A DNA stretch of 63,820 bases, filler included, from Octopus bimaculoides (lineage: Eukaryota): assembly GCF_001194135.2 (NCBI RefSeq). It is 5 parts of 5 records of this genome, joined end to end, with 100 filler letters (N's around TTAATTAATTAA, not from the genome) between each part and the next. Parts side by side here need not be neighbours in the genome. Positions count along the whole stretch, not along the records: positions 1 to 26,881 come from NC_068989.1; 4 more parts are not named here. One strand, 5' to 3'. A program made the translations under genes and the position numbers. Positions 1 through 12,590 of this stretch are shown piece after piece; position 1 is the stretch's first letter; each line of letters starts with the position of its first letter. The notes beneath the pieces are model-generated. The model did not search any database. It saw only the letters and a program-made list of their open reading frames with translations, and was not told the origin of the DNA.

Positions 1-219
1 AACTGTATGTTGGCTGCTCAAGAGTGGGCAGCAACAAAAAACCTATTTGTATATGCTCCACAAGGGAAAACAAGGAACATAGTTTACAATGAGGTGTTAT
101 AATCACAACAGCAAGAAAGTATGTACATGATCACCTTCTTTTACGAAACTTCATTGACTTTCATATATTTATATTGATATACATATATATACGTGTGTTT
201 GGGTGCGTGTGTATATACA

Positions 220-310
220 TCTCTATATATAAAGATGATGCGTAGTCTAGATGGCGTTTTTAGATTTCATTATTCTCTTTAACCCGGGCAACGCCGGGTA
301 TTTCTGCTAG
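220..310 (+). mobile_element. Very short non-autonomous Helitron
   Basis: Starts TC(TCTATATATAAAG) after A219 and ends CTAG (307-310) before T311. A GC-rich hairpin ACCCGG-gcaacg-CCGGGT (282-299) lies just upstream of the end. There is no TSD. These are the canonical Helitron termini. Confidence 0.7.
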
Positions 311-340
311 TATATATATATATACATATATATATATATA

Positions 341-850
341 CACACTCAGAAAACCTCAATACAACAAAGAATGAATAAAGAGGCAACTTTCATCAATAAA
401 TATCTTCCACAACTAGATATGAACATATAACATAATACAGAACACTACTAACCTTTCAATTAATACCACTAACCACCATACATCCCATACACCATTCACA
501 TTATAGTTCTATATCTACCCTAATTGCACCAAATCCAGAACTACTTACCTCCCTTACACATAATCTTTTTACTCAGGGACTTGTAGACCTGACACCGTTA
601 AGCCATCGGTGTGCATTCAAAGCAATGATTAGTACCATTACGAAACCGGTGTGCTTTTGAATCTCTTTAACAATTCACAATAATGACTTTTATTACTTTT
701 ATTCTTACCTCAGTTCATCTAACTGTATATATCTATTGCTACTCTTCATAAAAAGCGTTTACTTTTTTTGATTTCCATTTTCGCTTATTTTTCTTCTTAC
801 TTTCCCCTTACATTTCTACGTGTAGTTTCTATTTAGTTTTTGTAACATAT
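341..850 (+). mobile_element. Penelope-like element 3' remnant (GIY-YIG C-terminus plus pseudo-LTR)
   Basis: 353-430 translates TSIQQRMNKEATFINKYLPQLDMNI*, resembling the R..E..FI..Y.P.LN end of PLE endonucleases. A degenerate hammerhead motif follows at 619-657. The right boundary is approximate. Confidence 0.5.
619..657 (+). ncRNA. Degenerate minimal type I hammerhead motif
   Basis: AAAGCA / ATGATTA (core, 2 changes from CTGATGA) / GTA-ccat-TAC / GAAA / CCGG / TG / TGCTTT. Stem III is palindromic (ACCGGT). G at the cleavage position implies it is inactive. Confidence 0.45.
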
Positions 851-1464
851 TTCTATTATATATATATATATNNNNNNNNNNNNNNNNNNNNNNNNNNNNN
901 NNNNNNNNNNNNNNNNNNNNNNNNNNTGACATACTTACACACACTCACACACACATACATACATACATACATACATACATACATACATACATACATACAT
1001 ACATACATGCTTTTCCACAAAGGAATTTAAAGGACTTTATTACCTTCATAATGTATGTATGCATGTATGTTTGTTTACGTGTATGAATGTATATATATGT
1101 ATGTCTGTTTGCACGTATATATGTATGTATATCTATTAAAAGCTATATTCATATATATAAATATATATACGTATAGGCATATATAGATATATGCATATAT
1201 GCATATAAACACGTATATATACGTGCACACACTCATACATACATTTACACGCACACACAGACATATACACATAGTTGAAGTTTACACATGCGTATATGTG
1301 AGCGTGTATTTATGTATAAGTGTGTTTGTGTAAGACATTTAACAGGTTATACTTTCACGGTTCATTACATCCATAACTAATATATCGTACTTACCACCAG
1401 GTCACTTCAACCAACGAAACTAAAACCTTATTTATAGATTTGTTCTTAAAGAAGGGAGTTTCAT

Positions 1465-1475
1465 TTCTTCTTCTT

Positions 1476-1556
<81 letters not shown>

Positions 1557-1557
1557 A

Positions 1558-1621
<64 letters not shown>

Positions 1622-1630
1622 CATTATTAA
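1465..1630. repeat. (TTC)n-(TTA)n compound microsatellite
   Basis: Seen directly. Confidence 0.95.
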
Positions 1631-1960
1631 AACTAAAACTTCATTGGTTTCTCACAGAAACAGTTATGTTGTCGAATATAAGGTTATTATTTACACAAAA
1701 ACGTTCATAATCTATTTCCTCATTATCGCCACCATCGCTGCCACCACCTCTATTATCTTCACCACCGCCACCACCGCTACCACTAACACAATATGCCCAG
1801 TCATCATCATCGTCATCATCCTCATCGTCATCATCATCACCGTCATCTTTCATTTCATCTCCTTACCATTAGCATTTTCATCATCATTATCATGTTTTAT
1901 CGCTGTTATTAATGCCTCCTACAGCAACGCCACTATCATTATTGCTATCCACAAGGTTCG

Positions 1961-2188
1961 ACAGTGAGCTGGCACGCCGGTAAAAAAAATGCTTAGCAGC
2001 ATTTATTCCGGTTTTACATTCTGTGTTCAAATTCCGCCGAGGTCGACTTTGCCTTTAATCCCTTTCGACTTTGCTTTAATCTTCAGCTGGTACTAAAATA
2101 GGGACCAATTGAGCATCGAGATCAATGTAATCGGTTAGCTCCCTCCCATCAAATTTCAGGCTTTGTGCCTATAATAAAAAGTATTATT
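1961..2188 (+). mobile_element. tRNA-type SINE, family A
   Basis: Shares GTTCAAATTCCGCCGAGGTCGACTTTGCC (B-box-like) and the tail ...TGTGCCTATAATAAAAAGTAT with other copies in the window. Confidence 0.8.
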
Positions 2189-2410
2189 CGGCATGCTGGC
2201 AGAACCGTTTGCGCGCCGGGAAAAATGCTTAGCGGCATTTCGCCCGTCTCTAAGTACTGAGTCCAAACTCCACCGAAGTCGACTTTGCCTTCCATCCTTG
2301 TGGGGGGTTGATAAAATAAGTATCAGTCAAGAACTGGGTTCGATGAAACTGAAAAGCGCCCCCACCTGCTAAATTCCAGGCCTTGTGTCTATAATAGAAA
2401 GATTGATTAT
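2189..2410 (+). mobile_element. SINE family A, tandem second copy
   Basis: CTGGCAGAACCGTT head, GTCGACTTTGCC core and GGCCTTGTGTCTATAATAGAAAGAT tail. Confidence 0.8.
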
Positions 2411-2619
2411 GAAATACACTCGTGCATGATAAACTGAGCTAATTTTTTGAATAAGATAAATAGGCAATATTTTACAAGAAGCGAAAAATAAAGTGCATGT
2501 TTGTGACATTTATGAAAAATTTAAGGATATCAATCAAAATCAACTATGGACTGAAACTATGTCATAGACTGATCTCTTTTTTATCTTCTGCAGATATCCT
2601 CATATTTTACGGGAAGGTA

Positions 2620-2920
2620 TAGTTAAACACATTGATCTCACTAAATGGTATTTTATTTTATCGAACCCGGAAAAATGAAGTGTAAGTTCAGCACTGCAGG
2701 ATTTGAACTCATAACGCAAAGAGCAGTAACTAAATATTGGTTTCCAATTTTGGAACTAGGCCAAAAATTTCGGGATAGGGCTAAGTCGATTAGATTGACC
2801 CCAGTGCTAAACTGATACTTATTTTATCGACTCCGAAAGGATGAAAGGCGAAGTCTACCACGGTGGAATTTGAAGCAGTAACTAAATATTGCAATGTTTT
2901 TTGGTCCGGCGCTTAATATT
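2620..2920 (-). mobile_element. Two degenerate SINE family A copies
   Basis: Reverse-complement matches, e.g. TTATTTTATCGACTCCGAAAGGATGAAAGGCGAAGTCTACCACGGTGGAATTTGAA. Confidence 0.65.
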
Positions 2921-3481
2921 TGTACCAATATACCACCCTTTCTACCAATCTGTCTATCTGTCTGTCTGACTCTCCCCCTCTCTTCCCCCTCTCTGCCCCC
3001 TCTCTGCCCCCTCTCTGCCCCCTCTCTCTCTCTACACACACGCACACACAGGGATATATATGCGTCTGTGTGTATGAATATATATATATATACTTATATA
3101 CATGCATATNNNNNNNNNNNNNNNNNNNNNNNNNNNNNNNNNNNNNNNNNNNNNNNNNNNNNNNNNNNNNNNNNNNNNNNNNNNNNNNNNNNNNNNNNNN
3201 NNNNNNNNNNNNNNNNNNNNNNNNNNNNNNNNNNNNNNNNNNNNNNNNNNNNNNNNNNNNNNNNNNNNNNNNNNNNNNNNNNNNNNNNNNNNNNNNNNNN
3301 NNNNNNNNNNNNNNNNNNNNNNNNNNNNNNNNNNNNNNNNNNNNNNNNNNNNNNNNNNNNNNNNNNNNNNNNNNNNNNNNNNNNNNNNNNNNNNNNNNNN
3401 NNNNNNNNNNNNNNNNNNNNNNNNNNNNNNNNNNNNNNNNNNNNNNNNNNNNNNNNNNNNNNNNNNNNNNNNNNNNNNNNN

Positions 3482-3519
3482 ATAATGATGATGATGGTGA
3501 TGATGATGATAATAATAAT

Positions 3520-3579
<60 letters not shown>
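3482..3579. repeat. (GAT)n/(AAT)n microsatellite
   Basis: Seen directly. Confidence 0.95.
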
Positions 3580-3580
<1 letters not shown>

Positions 3581-3932
3581 GTTCGTGGAAGGGGAAGCAG
3601 TTCAGCTGGATCAAGGAGGAGTATGTAATACTAGTGCTGGTGTTCAATTTGCAGAGATGGAATTTTTTATGCTTAAAATCTCTTTAAAAGCTCATCACAC
3701 CAATATAAATCTCCTATGTTTAAATGAATTATCATATATTACCCATTTAGTTATTTATTTACTTACTTATTTCCAGTTTTCTATTAAGAATGCATTTTTT
3801 TCCCTTATGAAATTAGAGTTGAAAATTTCACATTTATTCTTAATCCTATAAATTATTTCATCTCTCACGTTGGTCTTAATTTTTTTGACGTGGAGTCGTA
3901 TTTGGTGATAGAGTTTCATCTAGAATTTGTAA

Positions 3933-3934
<2 letters not shown>

Positions 3935-3963
<29 letters not shown>

Positions 3964-4078
3964 TGTATGTATGTATGTATGTATGTATGTACGTATGTAT
4001 GTACGTATGTATGTATGTATGTATGTATGTACGTACGTACGTATGTATGTACGTATGTATGTATGTATGTATGTATGT
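3935..4078. repeat. (TATG)n microsatellite
   Basis: Seen directly. Confidence 0.95.
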
Positions 4079-4149
4079 GCGTGTGTGTGCATGTGTGTGT
4101 GCGTGTGAGCATGTTCATTTCTATTTCAAATTATTTGAAATCTTCCTGT

Positions 4150-5950
4150 TTGGAAGGAGTTTGTTGCTTACAAAGATATAAAGCTCCATCGTTGAAATGT
4201 TATTAACAGAAACAATGTCACGTTTTGAACTTGAGAAAATTCTAACATATTCTTATTGTTCTGCTTATAGATAGTTGTAATATGCATGTTAGTTGGTTGA
4301 CTTGTTTTTCTGAAAACCTAAGCTTTTCCAAATTGTCACTTAAACACTATGAACGAAACCAAGTACACCTATTATCATTGATAGAATTGTGAATTTATAG
4401 ACTGCATACAAAAGCTGAAAGATTCGAAGCAGTTGTCTATATTCATCCTCTTTCTCATTGATTTTTTAAGAGATATTCACATCATTAGAGTAGCTGACTT
4501 CTATGATGGTTCGTACTTTTTTTATATCTGTTCAGCTTGTTCTGTTTGTACTTGGTAGAACTTGTGTTGTGAATGTATTCAGTAACAGGACGATTCCTTA
4601 TATTTATCCCAAAACATTTCGTATGGCATTGTACATTGTCTTAATGACATCTCATGTCGCATTGGAAGGCAGTATCTTTATGACATTTATAAGGTGTTGC
4701 TCATTACATTTGTAATGTCTTCCACAAAAACGTGACAATTTTAGGTTGCATGTTGGGGCTCTAAGGGCTTCACTGTCTCTTTTGTTTATTGGGTGTTTTG
4801 TAGCAATTTCCTGCTCTTAGATTGCAAACGCATAGCCTTCGAAGTATGATGTGATTTAGCAGTCGCAAGTCCAAGAAAGACAGTCAGCACTTTATGTCGA
4901 TATTAGTGTCATCTTAAGACGGTGAGCAGGCAGAATCGTTAGTATACCAGGCAAAATGCTTAGCGGTATTTCGTCCGTCTTTGCGTTCTGAGTTCAAATT
5001 CCGCCGAGGTCGACTTTGTCTTTCACCCTTTCGGGGTCGATAAATTAAATACCAATAAAGTACTGGGGTCATTGTGATCGGCTTTGCCCCTCACTCAAAA
5101 TTTCTGGCCTTGTGCCTATAGCAGAAAGGATATTAGCGTCATCTTCAAGTCCTCCGGCAAATATACCAATGCATAATCTTTCTTTTTCGCTATGCCGGAT
5201 GTTTCACATCCAGGTCTTCTTCGAGGTATGTTAGTCCAGCTGCTTAGCGATTGTAAGGGAAGTAGTCAGGAAGCGAGTACTTTCTAAGGAGCTCTCTGCT
5301 CACTGGCAGGATGCAGTTCCCTCCATTTTTCAGTACCAGGTTTATATAGATTTGCTGCCGTTGTTTTTTGAGGTGCTGTCTGAGGGAGACTATACGGCAT
5401 TCGAAGGCTGTCTGCACTGATCTCAAGCCTCTACCAGCTTCATATCGTCTTAGGTACACCATGCTGCTACCCTTGTTTCTGTGGAAGTTTCCAGTTTAGG
5501 TCAGGATCATACAAGTTTTAAAATCTATCGAATGGATTTCCTCTACAGCCCAGTCAAGTATCCCAAAAGTTGGTATCAGCACTGATACTACTATTCCGTT
5601 ATAGGTAGGATCAACAAAATAAAAAGTATTCTGTCTAGGGAGTGATAAATATATCGTTTAATGTACACAATATTAAAATAAGATCTACTAATAGTTTCAT
5701 GCCATGGTGACACGGTAATCCGGCAGATTTATATAGCATGCTTTGTGCCTTCAAGCACTCTTTCAGGCTCAGTGTACAAGAATAATTCTGTTTGAAAATC
5801 AGGATGCTAATATATGGGAATACACGAGAAGAAAACCGAGAAGATTGATTGAAAAGTGGAACGAGAAGACAAAGAGTGTATAAAAACGGAAAAAGATAGG
5901 AAAGAAAAGAAAGAAAACCAACAGTTGCTTCCTCTTTGTCTATAGAAAAC
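4150..5950 (-). mobile_element. Degraded RLE-type non-LTR retrotransposon (R4/Dong-like, family 2), interrupted by a SINE
   Basis: Minus-strand pieces: TFGILDWAVEEIHSIDFK and VYLRRYEAGRGLRSV (RT C-terminal region), FEGYAFAI*EQEIATKH, and IIEVSYSNDVNIS*KINEKEDEYRQLL...IIGVLG (RLE region). Many stops and frameshifts. Confidence 0.7.
4917..5134 (+). mobile_element. SINE family A, full length
   Basis: GGCAGAATCG (A-box-like), GAGTTCAAATTCC (B-box-like) and tail GGCCTTGTGCCTATAGCAGAAAGGAT. Confidence 0.9.
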
Positions 5951-6053
5951 ATAATTGATGTAGTTGATGTAAAATAATTCAACGGTGAGGTGCCAAAGCT
6001 TTCCTTATGATGCTGGCCTTGCCAAGGAGACAATTATTATTATCCTCATCATT

Positions 6054-6268
6054 CGGCGAGCTGACACAATCGTAGCACGCCGGGCGAAATGTTTTGCGTT
6101 ATTTCGTCCTTCTTTACGTTTAGAGTTCAAATTTCGCCGAGGTCGATTTTTACCTCTCATCCTTTCGGGGTCGATAAATTAAGTACCAGTGAAACACTGG
6201 GATCGATGTAATCAACTGATCCCCACCCCACACCAAATTTCAGGCCTTGTGCCTTTAGTAGAAAGGAT
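6054..6268 (+). mobile_element. SINE family A, full length
   Basis: Same consensus. It is followed by (CAT)n(ATT)n at 6269-6388. Confidence 0.9.
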
Positions 6269-6323
6269 CATCATCATCATCATCATCATCCTCATCATCA
6301 TCATCATCATCGTCATCGTCATC

Positions 6324-6391
<68 letters not shown>

Positions 6392-7065
6392 AATGTTCAA
6401 TATGTGGTAGATTGAGGCAAATTTCTACTGCATTACCTGCTACACCTCAGGTGTGTACAGCATTGTGTGTTCTTTTCTGCTGTTTGGAGTGTGGGAACTC
6501 TTCCCGGTACTGTATTGTGTTAGCTTTTTCTCCTTGAGGTGTGGTGCTGTCTTTTGCAGTGCTACTGCTTGTATTGAGTGTTGAGTGTATAATGCTGTGG
6601 CTTTCTAGCTTGCTGGTGGGAGTTTATTTCACCGAGTAAATGTTGTATAGAGTGTGTCTTGTATTTGTGGGTTGTTTTGTTTCGGGTGTATTATCGGATT
6701 GATAGTGTCTTGCTTAGGATGTGGGCTGTTCCTTGCAAGCCTATTTTTTTGAGTGTTGAGGATCCAGGTATAGTTTCTACATTTTTGTTCATGTTTTTTT
6801 TTTTTATCATGCCCAATGCTCCAGTTATTATTGGTATTGTTTTTACCTTCATGCCCCACATCTTGAATACTTCAATTTCGAGGTCTTTGCACTTCAACAA
6901 TTTCTCCACTTCTTTTTTGATCAGATGGGACTGCAATGTCTATCAGTAATCAGGTGTTTTTCCCCAATCCTTGATTATTATGTCTGGGTGATTAGCTTTT
7001 GTTTCTTTGTCAGTTTGAACCGGCATATCCCAGATGATCGTGACCTGATCGTTGTCTTTATTGTT
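6392..7065 (-). mobile_element. 5'-truncated R4/Dong-like copy (RLE domain plus 3' UTR)
   Basis: VTIIWDMPVQTDKETKANHPDIII...KCKDLEIEVFKMWGMKVKTIPIITGALGMIKK...GTAHILSKTLSIR*. Flanked by (TAA)n on both sides. Confidence 0.85.
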
Positions 7066-7067
7066 TA

Positions 7068-7104
<37 letters not shown>

Positions 7105-7157
7105 GTTGTTGTTGTTGGTGTTATTGTTGTTGTTGTTGTTATTACTATTATTATTAT

Positions 7158-8655
7158 TCGCATCTTCTTTCAATCCTGTCTCCATTTTTTACTGAGTGTC
7201 TTCCTGACACATAGGACAGAGAAACGTACTGTATACATTGGTAGGCCATTAAAATAAACACACCAGATTGTTCATTAATAAAGTCATGTGATAGAGAAAA
7301 GGGGGAAGACAGAGAGAAAAAGGAAAAAATAAAAGATAAAAAGTAAACAAATAAAATAAAAGGGGAAAAAGGAAAGAAAATTCTGGCTTCCTATTCTCTA
7401 TCTCATGATCGCACTGAATCATAAAATCTCATAGGATCTTCACATTATAATTTTCGATGATGCCTTCGGGTTTATGTTTGCACCACATTTTTGCTCTGTC
7501 AAGTCCATACTTGTTGCAAAGTGTCCAATGGGCAATCCTTACTATATTGTCATAACGTCTTTTATATTCTTTCTGGGCTAGTGGCCTACATTGACTGATA
7601 TTGTGCCATACGGTTTCACCATTTTGTCCACAAATTCTGCAATTATTGCTTTCTGATATGTTGTCTATTCTGTATTTGATGTAATTGGGTAATGCTTGCT
7701 CTTGGGTAGCACAGATTAGAGCCTACGTTTCCGGTTTTAAATCACTTTTAATCATCCACAGCCATCTTTTTTCTCTGTCCGTCTTATCTCAAACATCCTT
7801 ATAAAATTGTCCACGCATTCTTTTCTTTATCCACTTATTTTCAGTTTCATTCACTCTCAAGTGCTTGCGCAGTGCTTTATCTTTGCAATCTTCCATCCTA
7901 CACAAGCCTGACCTTACTTCCAATAATTGTGGTTTTGTGGCATTTTTACATACCATGCTATGTTGTTTTTCTGCTCTAATGCTGTGTTCACAACCAATAA
8001 GTCCTCTTCACCCCTATTTTTCTTGGTACATACAGTCTGTCCTTGTTACTTTCTGGGTGGAGTATCCCATATCTAGTCAGCAACTTCCTTGTTTTTCTGT
8101 CTAAGCTATTTAGTTCATCTATTGTCCATGCGATTACCCCCTGCTCCATATCTAAGTAGTGAAACCGCCCAGGTGTTGATAGCTTCAAACTTATTCCGTC
8201 CGTTTAATTTCGACTTAAGGATCAGTCTCAATCTGTGTAAGTACTCCACCTCTAATTTTTCTGTCATTTCTTTCTTCATCAATTTATCCATTTCCAATAT
8301 CCCCAAGTACTTATAGCCCGTCTCTTCTATCTGCTTCATAACCTCCCCCGACGGTATCGCTAGTCCGTCCATACATTTGATTTTGCCTCTCTTCAAGACT
8401 AACACATCACACTTTTTCAGTCTGAACCCCATTCTGATATCAGCACTGAAAGTATACACCGTATCAACGAGGGAACTGACTTGGGATTTATCTTGACCAT
8501 AAAGTTTGAGGTCATCCATGGTTGACTTTTTGTAGGCGGCTTTTGAATACATACCCAGCCTTTGCTTTCCTAAGAATCAGCATTAGTGGTATCATGCACA
8601 GTACAAAGATCAGTGGGGACAGGCAGTCCCTTTAGAAGATGCATCTCCTGATTTC
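7158..8655 (-). mobile_element. R4/Dong-like copy (RT, zinc knuckle, start of RLE, internal deletion, 3' UTR)
   Basis: DDLKLYG, GYKYLGILE, NKFEAINTWAVSLLRYGAG, DRLYVPRK, CRICGQNGETVWHNISQC, ENRKPE. The 3' UTR at 7158-7380 matches 54775-55050. Confidence 0.85.
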
Positions 8656-8698
8656 TATTGTCGCTAAACTTCCCTCTATTATTATTATTATTATTATT

Positions 8699-8774
8699 CA
8701 GTAGTTTTATTTTTATAACGTGCTTTCACTTCACTACCGAGCGCAGCTCTGTGCGCCTTGGGTATGTGCTGTGG

Positions 8775-8777
<3 letters not shown>
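8699..8777 (-). mobile_element. 79-bp Dong 3' tip embedded in (TAA)n
   Basis: Near-identical to 9961-10037 and flanked by TTA arrays on both sides. Confidence 0.75.
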
Positions 8778-8847
<70 letters not shown>

Positions 8848-9196
8848 NNNNNNNNNNNNNNNNNNNNNNNNNNNNNNNNNNNNNNNNNNNNNNNNNNNNN
8901 NNNNNNNNNNNNNNNNNNNNNNNNNNNNNNNNNNNNNNNNNNNNNNNNNNNNNNNNNNNNNNNNNNNNNNNNNNNNNNNNNNNNNNNNNNNNNNNNNNNN
9001 NNNNNNNNNNNNNNNNNNNNNNNNNNNNNNNNNNNNNNNNNNNNNNNNNNNNNNNNNNNNNNNNNNNNNNNNNNNNNNNCCTCAATCCTTTCTATATTAA
9101 CCAAAATGAAGTAGATTGACAAATTTATTTTTTGAACCAGTGGAAGACACGCGAGATGTCGAAATATTGTTCACAAGATAGCAAATGGCACTCTTC

Positions 9197-9244
<48 letters not shown>

Positions 9245-9260
9245 CATCATCATCATCATC

Positions 9261-9320
<60 letters not shown>

Positions 9321-9336
9321 GTCATCATCATCATCA

Positions 9337-9902
9337 ATATTGAGTGAGAGAGCAGCACATACCATCAAAGTGACACTGGGGTACAAATATATGAAGACTG
9401 ATATACTCATCATGACTACCTGTCTGATAAGGGTATACCAGGAACATGCATTACAGCCATATGTGCGCGACATAGTGATTTCATATCAAGATAAACAGCG
9501 CATGACTTTGCAGGTGGGGCCCAGTTAGAATTTTTTCTTCAGGTGGAGTTGCCCATCCAGCTCAAAAGGACCCTGAATAAGGTTTGTATAAGGATGTTGA
9601 ACGAAACACCCATGTTTCCAGAGGTGAACTATTCAAATCCCAAATAATTTCTCTCAACACATGGCTATGATGCTCCCCCACTACTTCTGCTCGTGATCAG
9701 AGATGCACATATCGTCAGCCACTGAGTGACATGATTACATGGTTAAGGCCAAGCAATTGACAAGCAAATCTGTGGTATTGAGTAGAATATTTGTTGCAGC
9801 TCATATTCATCTTTTACACCAAGACAAAACATGTAAATGATAGCACCTCCAGTCAGTTAAGATCAGAAGCAATGAGAGCCAGCGCCTAGTACTGCATCAG
9901 AG
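9337..9902 (-). mobile_element. ~570-bp non-coding interspersed repeat (unclassified)
   Basis: A second copy lies at 54131-54684. Both are flanked by trinucleotide arrays. No recognisable ORF. Strand is inferred from the ...CTCTCTCACTCAA end running into the microsatellite. Confidence 0.7.
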
Positions 9903-9908
9903 TACTTA

Positions 9909-10512
<604 letters not shown>

Positions 10513-11405
10513 ATAATATTTACAAAAACGTTGGTTATGATCTCTAACAAATTTCTGGAGAAGATTTGTCAGTTGATCGAATCGACTCTATTACTTGTCC
10601 CAGGTGTTATGACATGCAAAGACGGCATCAGTTGGATTTGAACTCGAATGTAAAAATATCAAATTAATCACCATAAAACCATTGAACTTGGCGCTATACC
10701 ACTCCTACCTCTTCATAGGTCATTCATTTAATGTCATTAAATTTTTGATCACGTCCTGTAGTTGCTGTTTAACTCAGGGGCAGCTTTCGCTGAACATGCC
10801 TATTTGTTATCAAAGATGTTTCATCAGAGATCATTTTGTGTTTTCTCTCATGGCATATTACATCTAGGACTACATAAGCCATTGTGCCTTCCCTCTTTTT
10901 TACGTTGTTAGAGTGTGATTTAAGAGAGATGTAGCCGCTATTTCTTATGGGTCGAGTAATTCTAACTTAAAATAAGCTAGCGTCTATTTCGCGTGTTTAA
11001 ATTTTTACTGAAAGTTATTTCCCTTCTTGTTTTTTAACAATTCTTAACTTCCTGTCGTTGTTTACATAAACCATTTCTCTAGAGACTCAATATTCAGAAG
11101 TGGGTTTCCATTCCACCCTCCAACACTTCAGCCTGATATTTCTTTCTGTCTCAGCACGATATTTTCTGTACAACTGACTACACACGTTATTAAGATGTAA
11201 CAATTTCCCACCATACACTCTGCCATTTTATTCCCTCTCCAAATAAGAAAGACTTTATTCCTTGTTGTTTAAAAATGTCCACTGGGGTCAGTAGAAACCA
11301 GCTTTTAATCATTTTTACACTGTCAGTGCAGATTTTCCCCAGGTTTAGGAGAAGTAGCATACACATTGAGAAGTATATGATTCTCGAGCTTGATAAACTG
11401 TGTAA

Positions 11406-11740
11406 CCCTTTTGATGCCAATCCACCTGAGACCGCCTTAGGTTCCATGATACAAACGTCTTGTTTTAAAGTGACCTAAATTAAAACTTTCTATCAAAATT
11501 TCATGTTAATTAGTGTTCCAAACAACAGCTTAATACCGACAAAGCTATTTTACTAAAGAAATATGGTACCAAATGGATTAAAGTGATCTAAATGAAACCG
11601 TGTATCAAAGTTTTGTGTTAATTCATGTTCTATACAGCAGCTTAACGATGTCAAAGTTATTTTAATAAATTCTTAATTCTTTTTTCAACATAAAGTGGAA
11701 CAAAGCCAGTGAATTTCAAAAGAAATATGGAACAAAAGGG
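11406..11740. mobile_element. piggyBac-type MITE with internal tandem unit
   Basis: (g)TAA-CCCTTTT...AAAAGGG-TTAA termini. The internal unit TAAATTAAAAC...ATCAAAATTTCATGTTAATT..GTTCCAAAC recurs near 11470, 11580 and 11970. Confidence 0.6.
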
Positions 11741-11758
11741 TTAAAGTTGTCTAAATTA

Positions 11759-11965
11759 GTTTCATATTTTAATACAAGGGCAACTATTTCGGGAGAGAAG
11801 AAGACATCGACCCCACTGCTCAACTGGAACTTATTTTATTGAGTCCGAGAAGATGAAAGGCTAAGTCGACCCCCGGCGGAATTTGAACTCAGAACGTAAT
11901 GCCGGACGAGATGTCGCTAAGCATTTCGCCCGGCATGCTACGACTCTGCTAGCTCACCGCCTTTA
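11759..11965 (-). mobile_element. SINE family A with 16-bp TSD
   Basis: AAAGTTGTCTAAATTA occurs at both 11743-11758 and 11966-11981. Confidence 0.85.
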
Positions 11966-12294
11966 AAAGTTGTCTAAATTAAAACCTGCCATCAAAATTT
12001 CATGTTAATTCATGTTCCAAACACCAGCTTCATAGTGACAAAGTTATTTTATTAAATTCTTTACTATTTTTCAAAATTAATTGAAACAAAAAAGTGTACT
12101 TCAAAAGAAGCGTGGTAACAAAAGTGGTTAAAGGAGTTTTTATATTTCTAAACGGTGCTAATTCTCATTTTCTGGTTTTTGTTTTGGCTTCTGTTTTCTT
12201 ATTTTTCAAAATACAGTAAATAGATGCATTATGCAATTTAGCATTTTGTTTAACTATTTAACTTTCTAAATATACAACTTAATTTTCTATTTAA

Positions 12295-12505
12295 TAATGG
12301 TTTCAAATTTTGGCACAAGGACAACAATTTAGTGGGAGGGATAGGTTGATTACATTGACTCTAGAGCTCAACTGGTGCCTTATTTTATTGACCCCGAAAG
12401 GATGAAAGGCAAAGTCGACCTCGGCGAAATTCGAACTCAGAACGTAAAGACGGAAAGCCGCTAAGCATTTGGCCCGGCGTACTAACAATTCTGCCAGCTC
12501 GCCGA
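12295..12505 (-). mobile_element. SINE family A, full length
   Basis: Reverse complement of the consensus. Confidence 0.9.
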
Positions 12506-12590
12506 CATAGTTTTGTATTTAATAATGATAACAATAATAACAAGAGCACTCAGAGAGCGCAAACCTCCGCCAAGGCAACACTAACGTCCT

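Noticed and set aside
7158-7380. Apparent new 250-bp element abutting Dong copies here and at 54775-55050
   Set aside because: At 55 kb it directly follows the Dong stop (HALRR..ALSL*), so it is the Dong 3' UTR. The 7-kb copy simply has an internal deletion.
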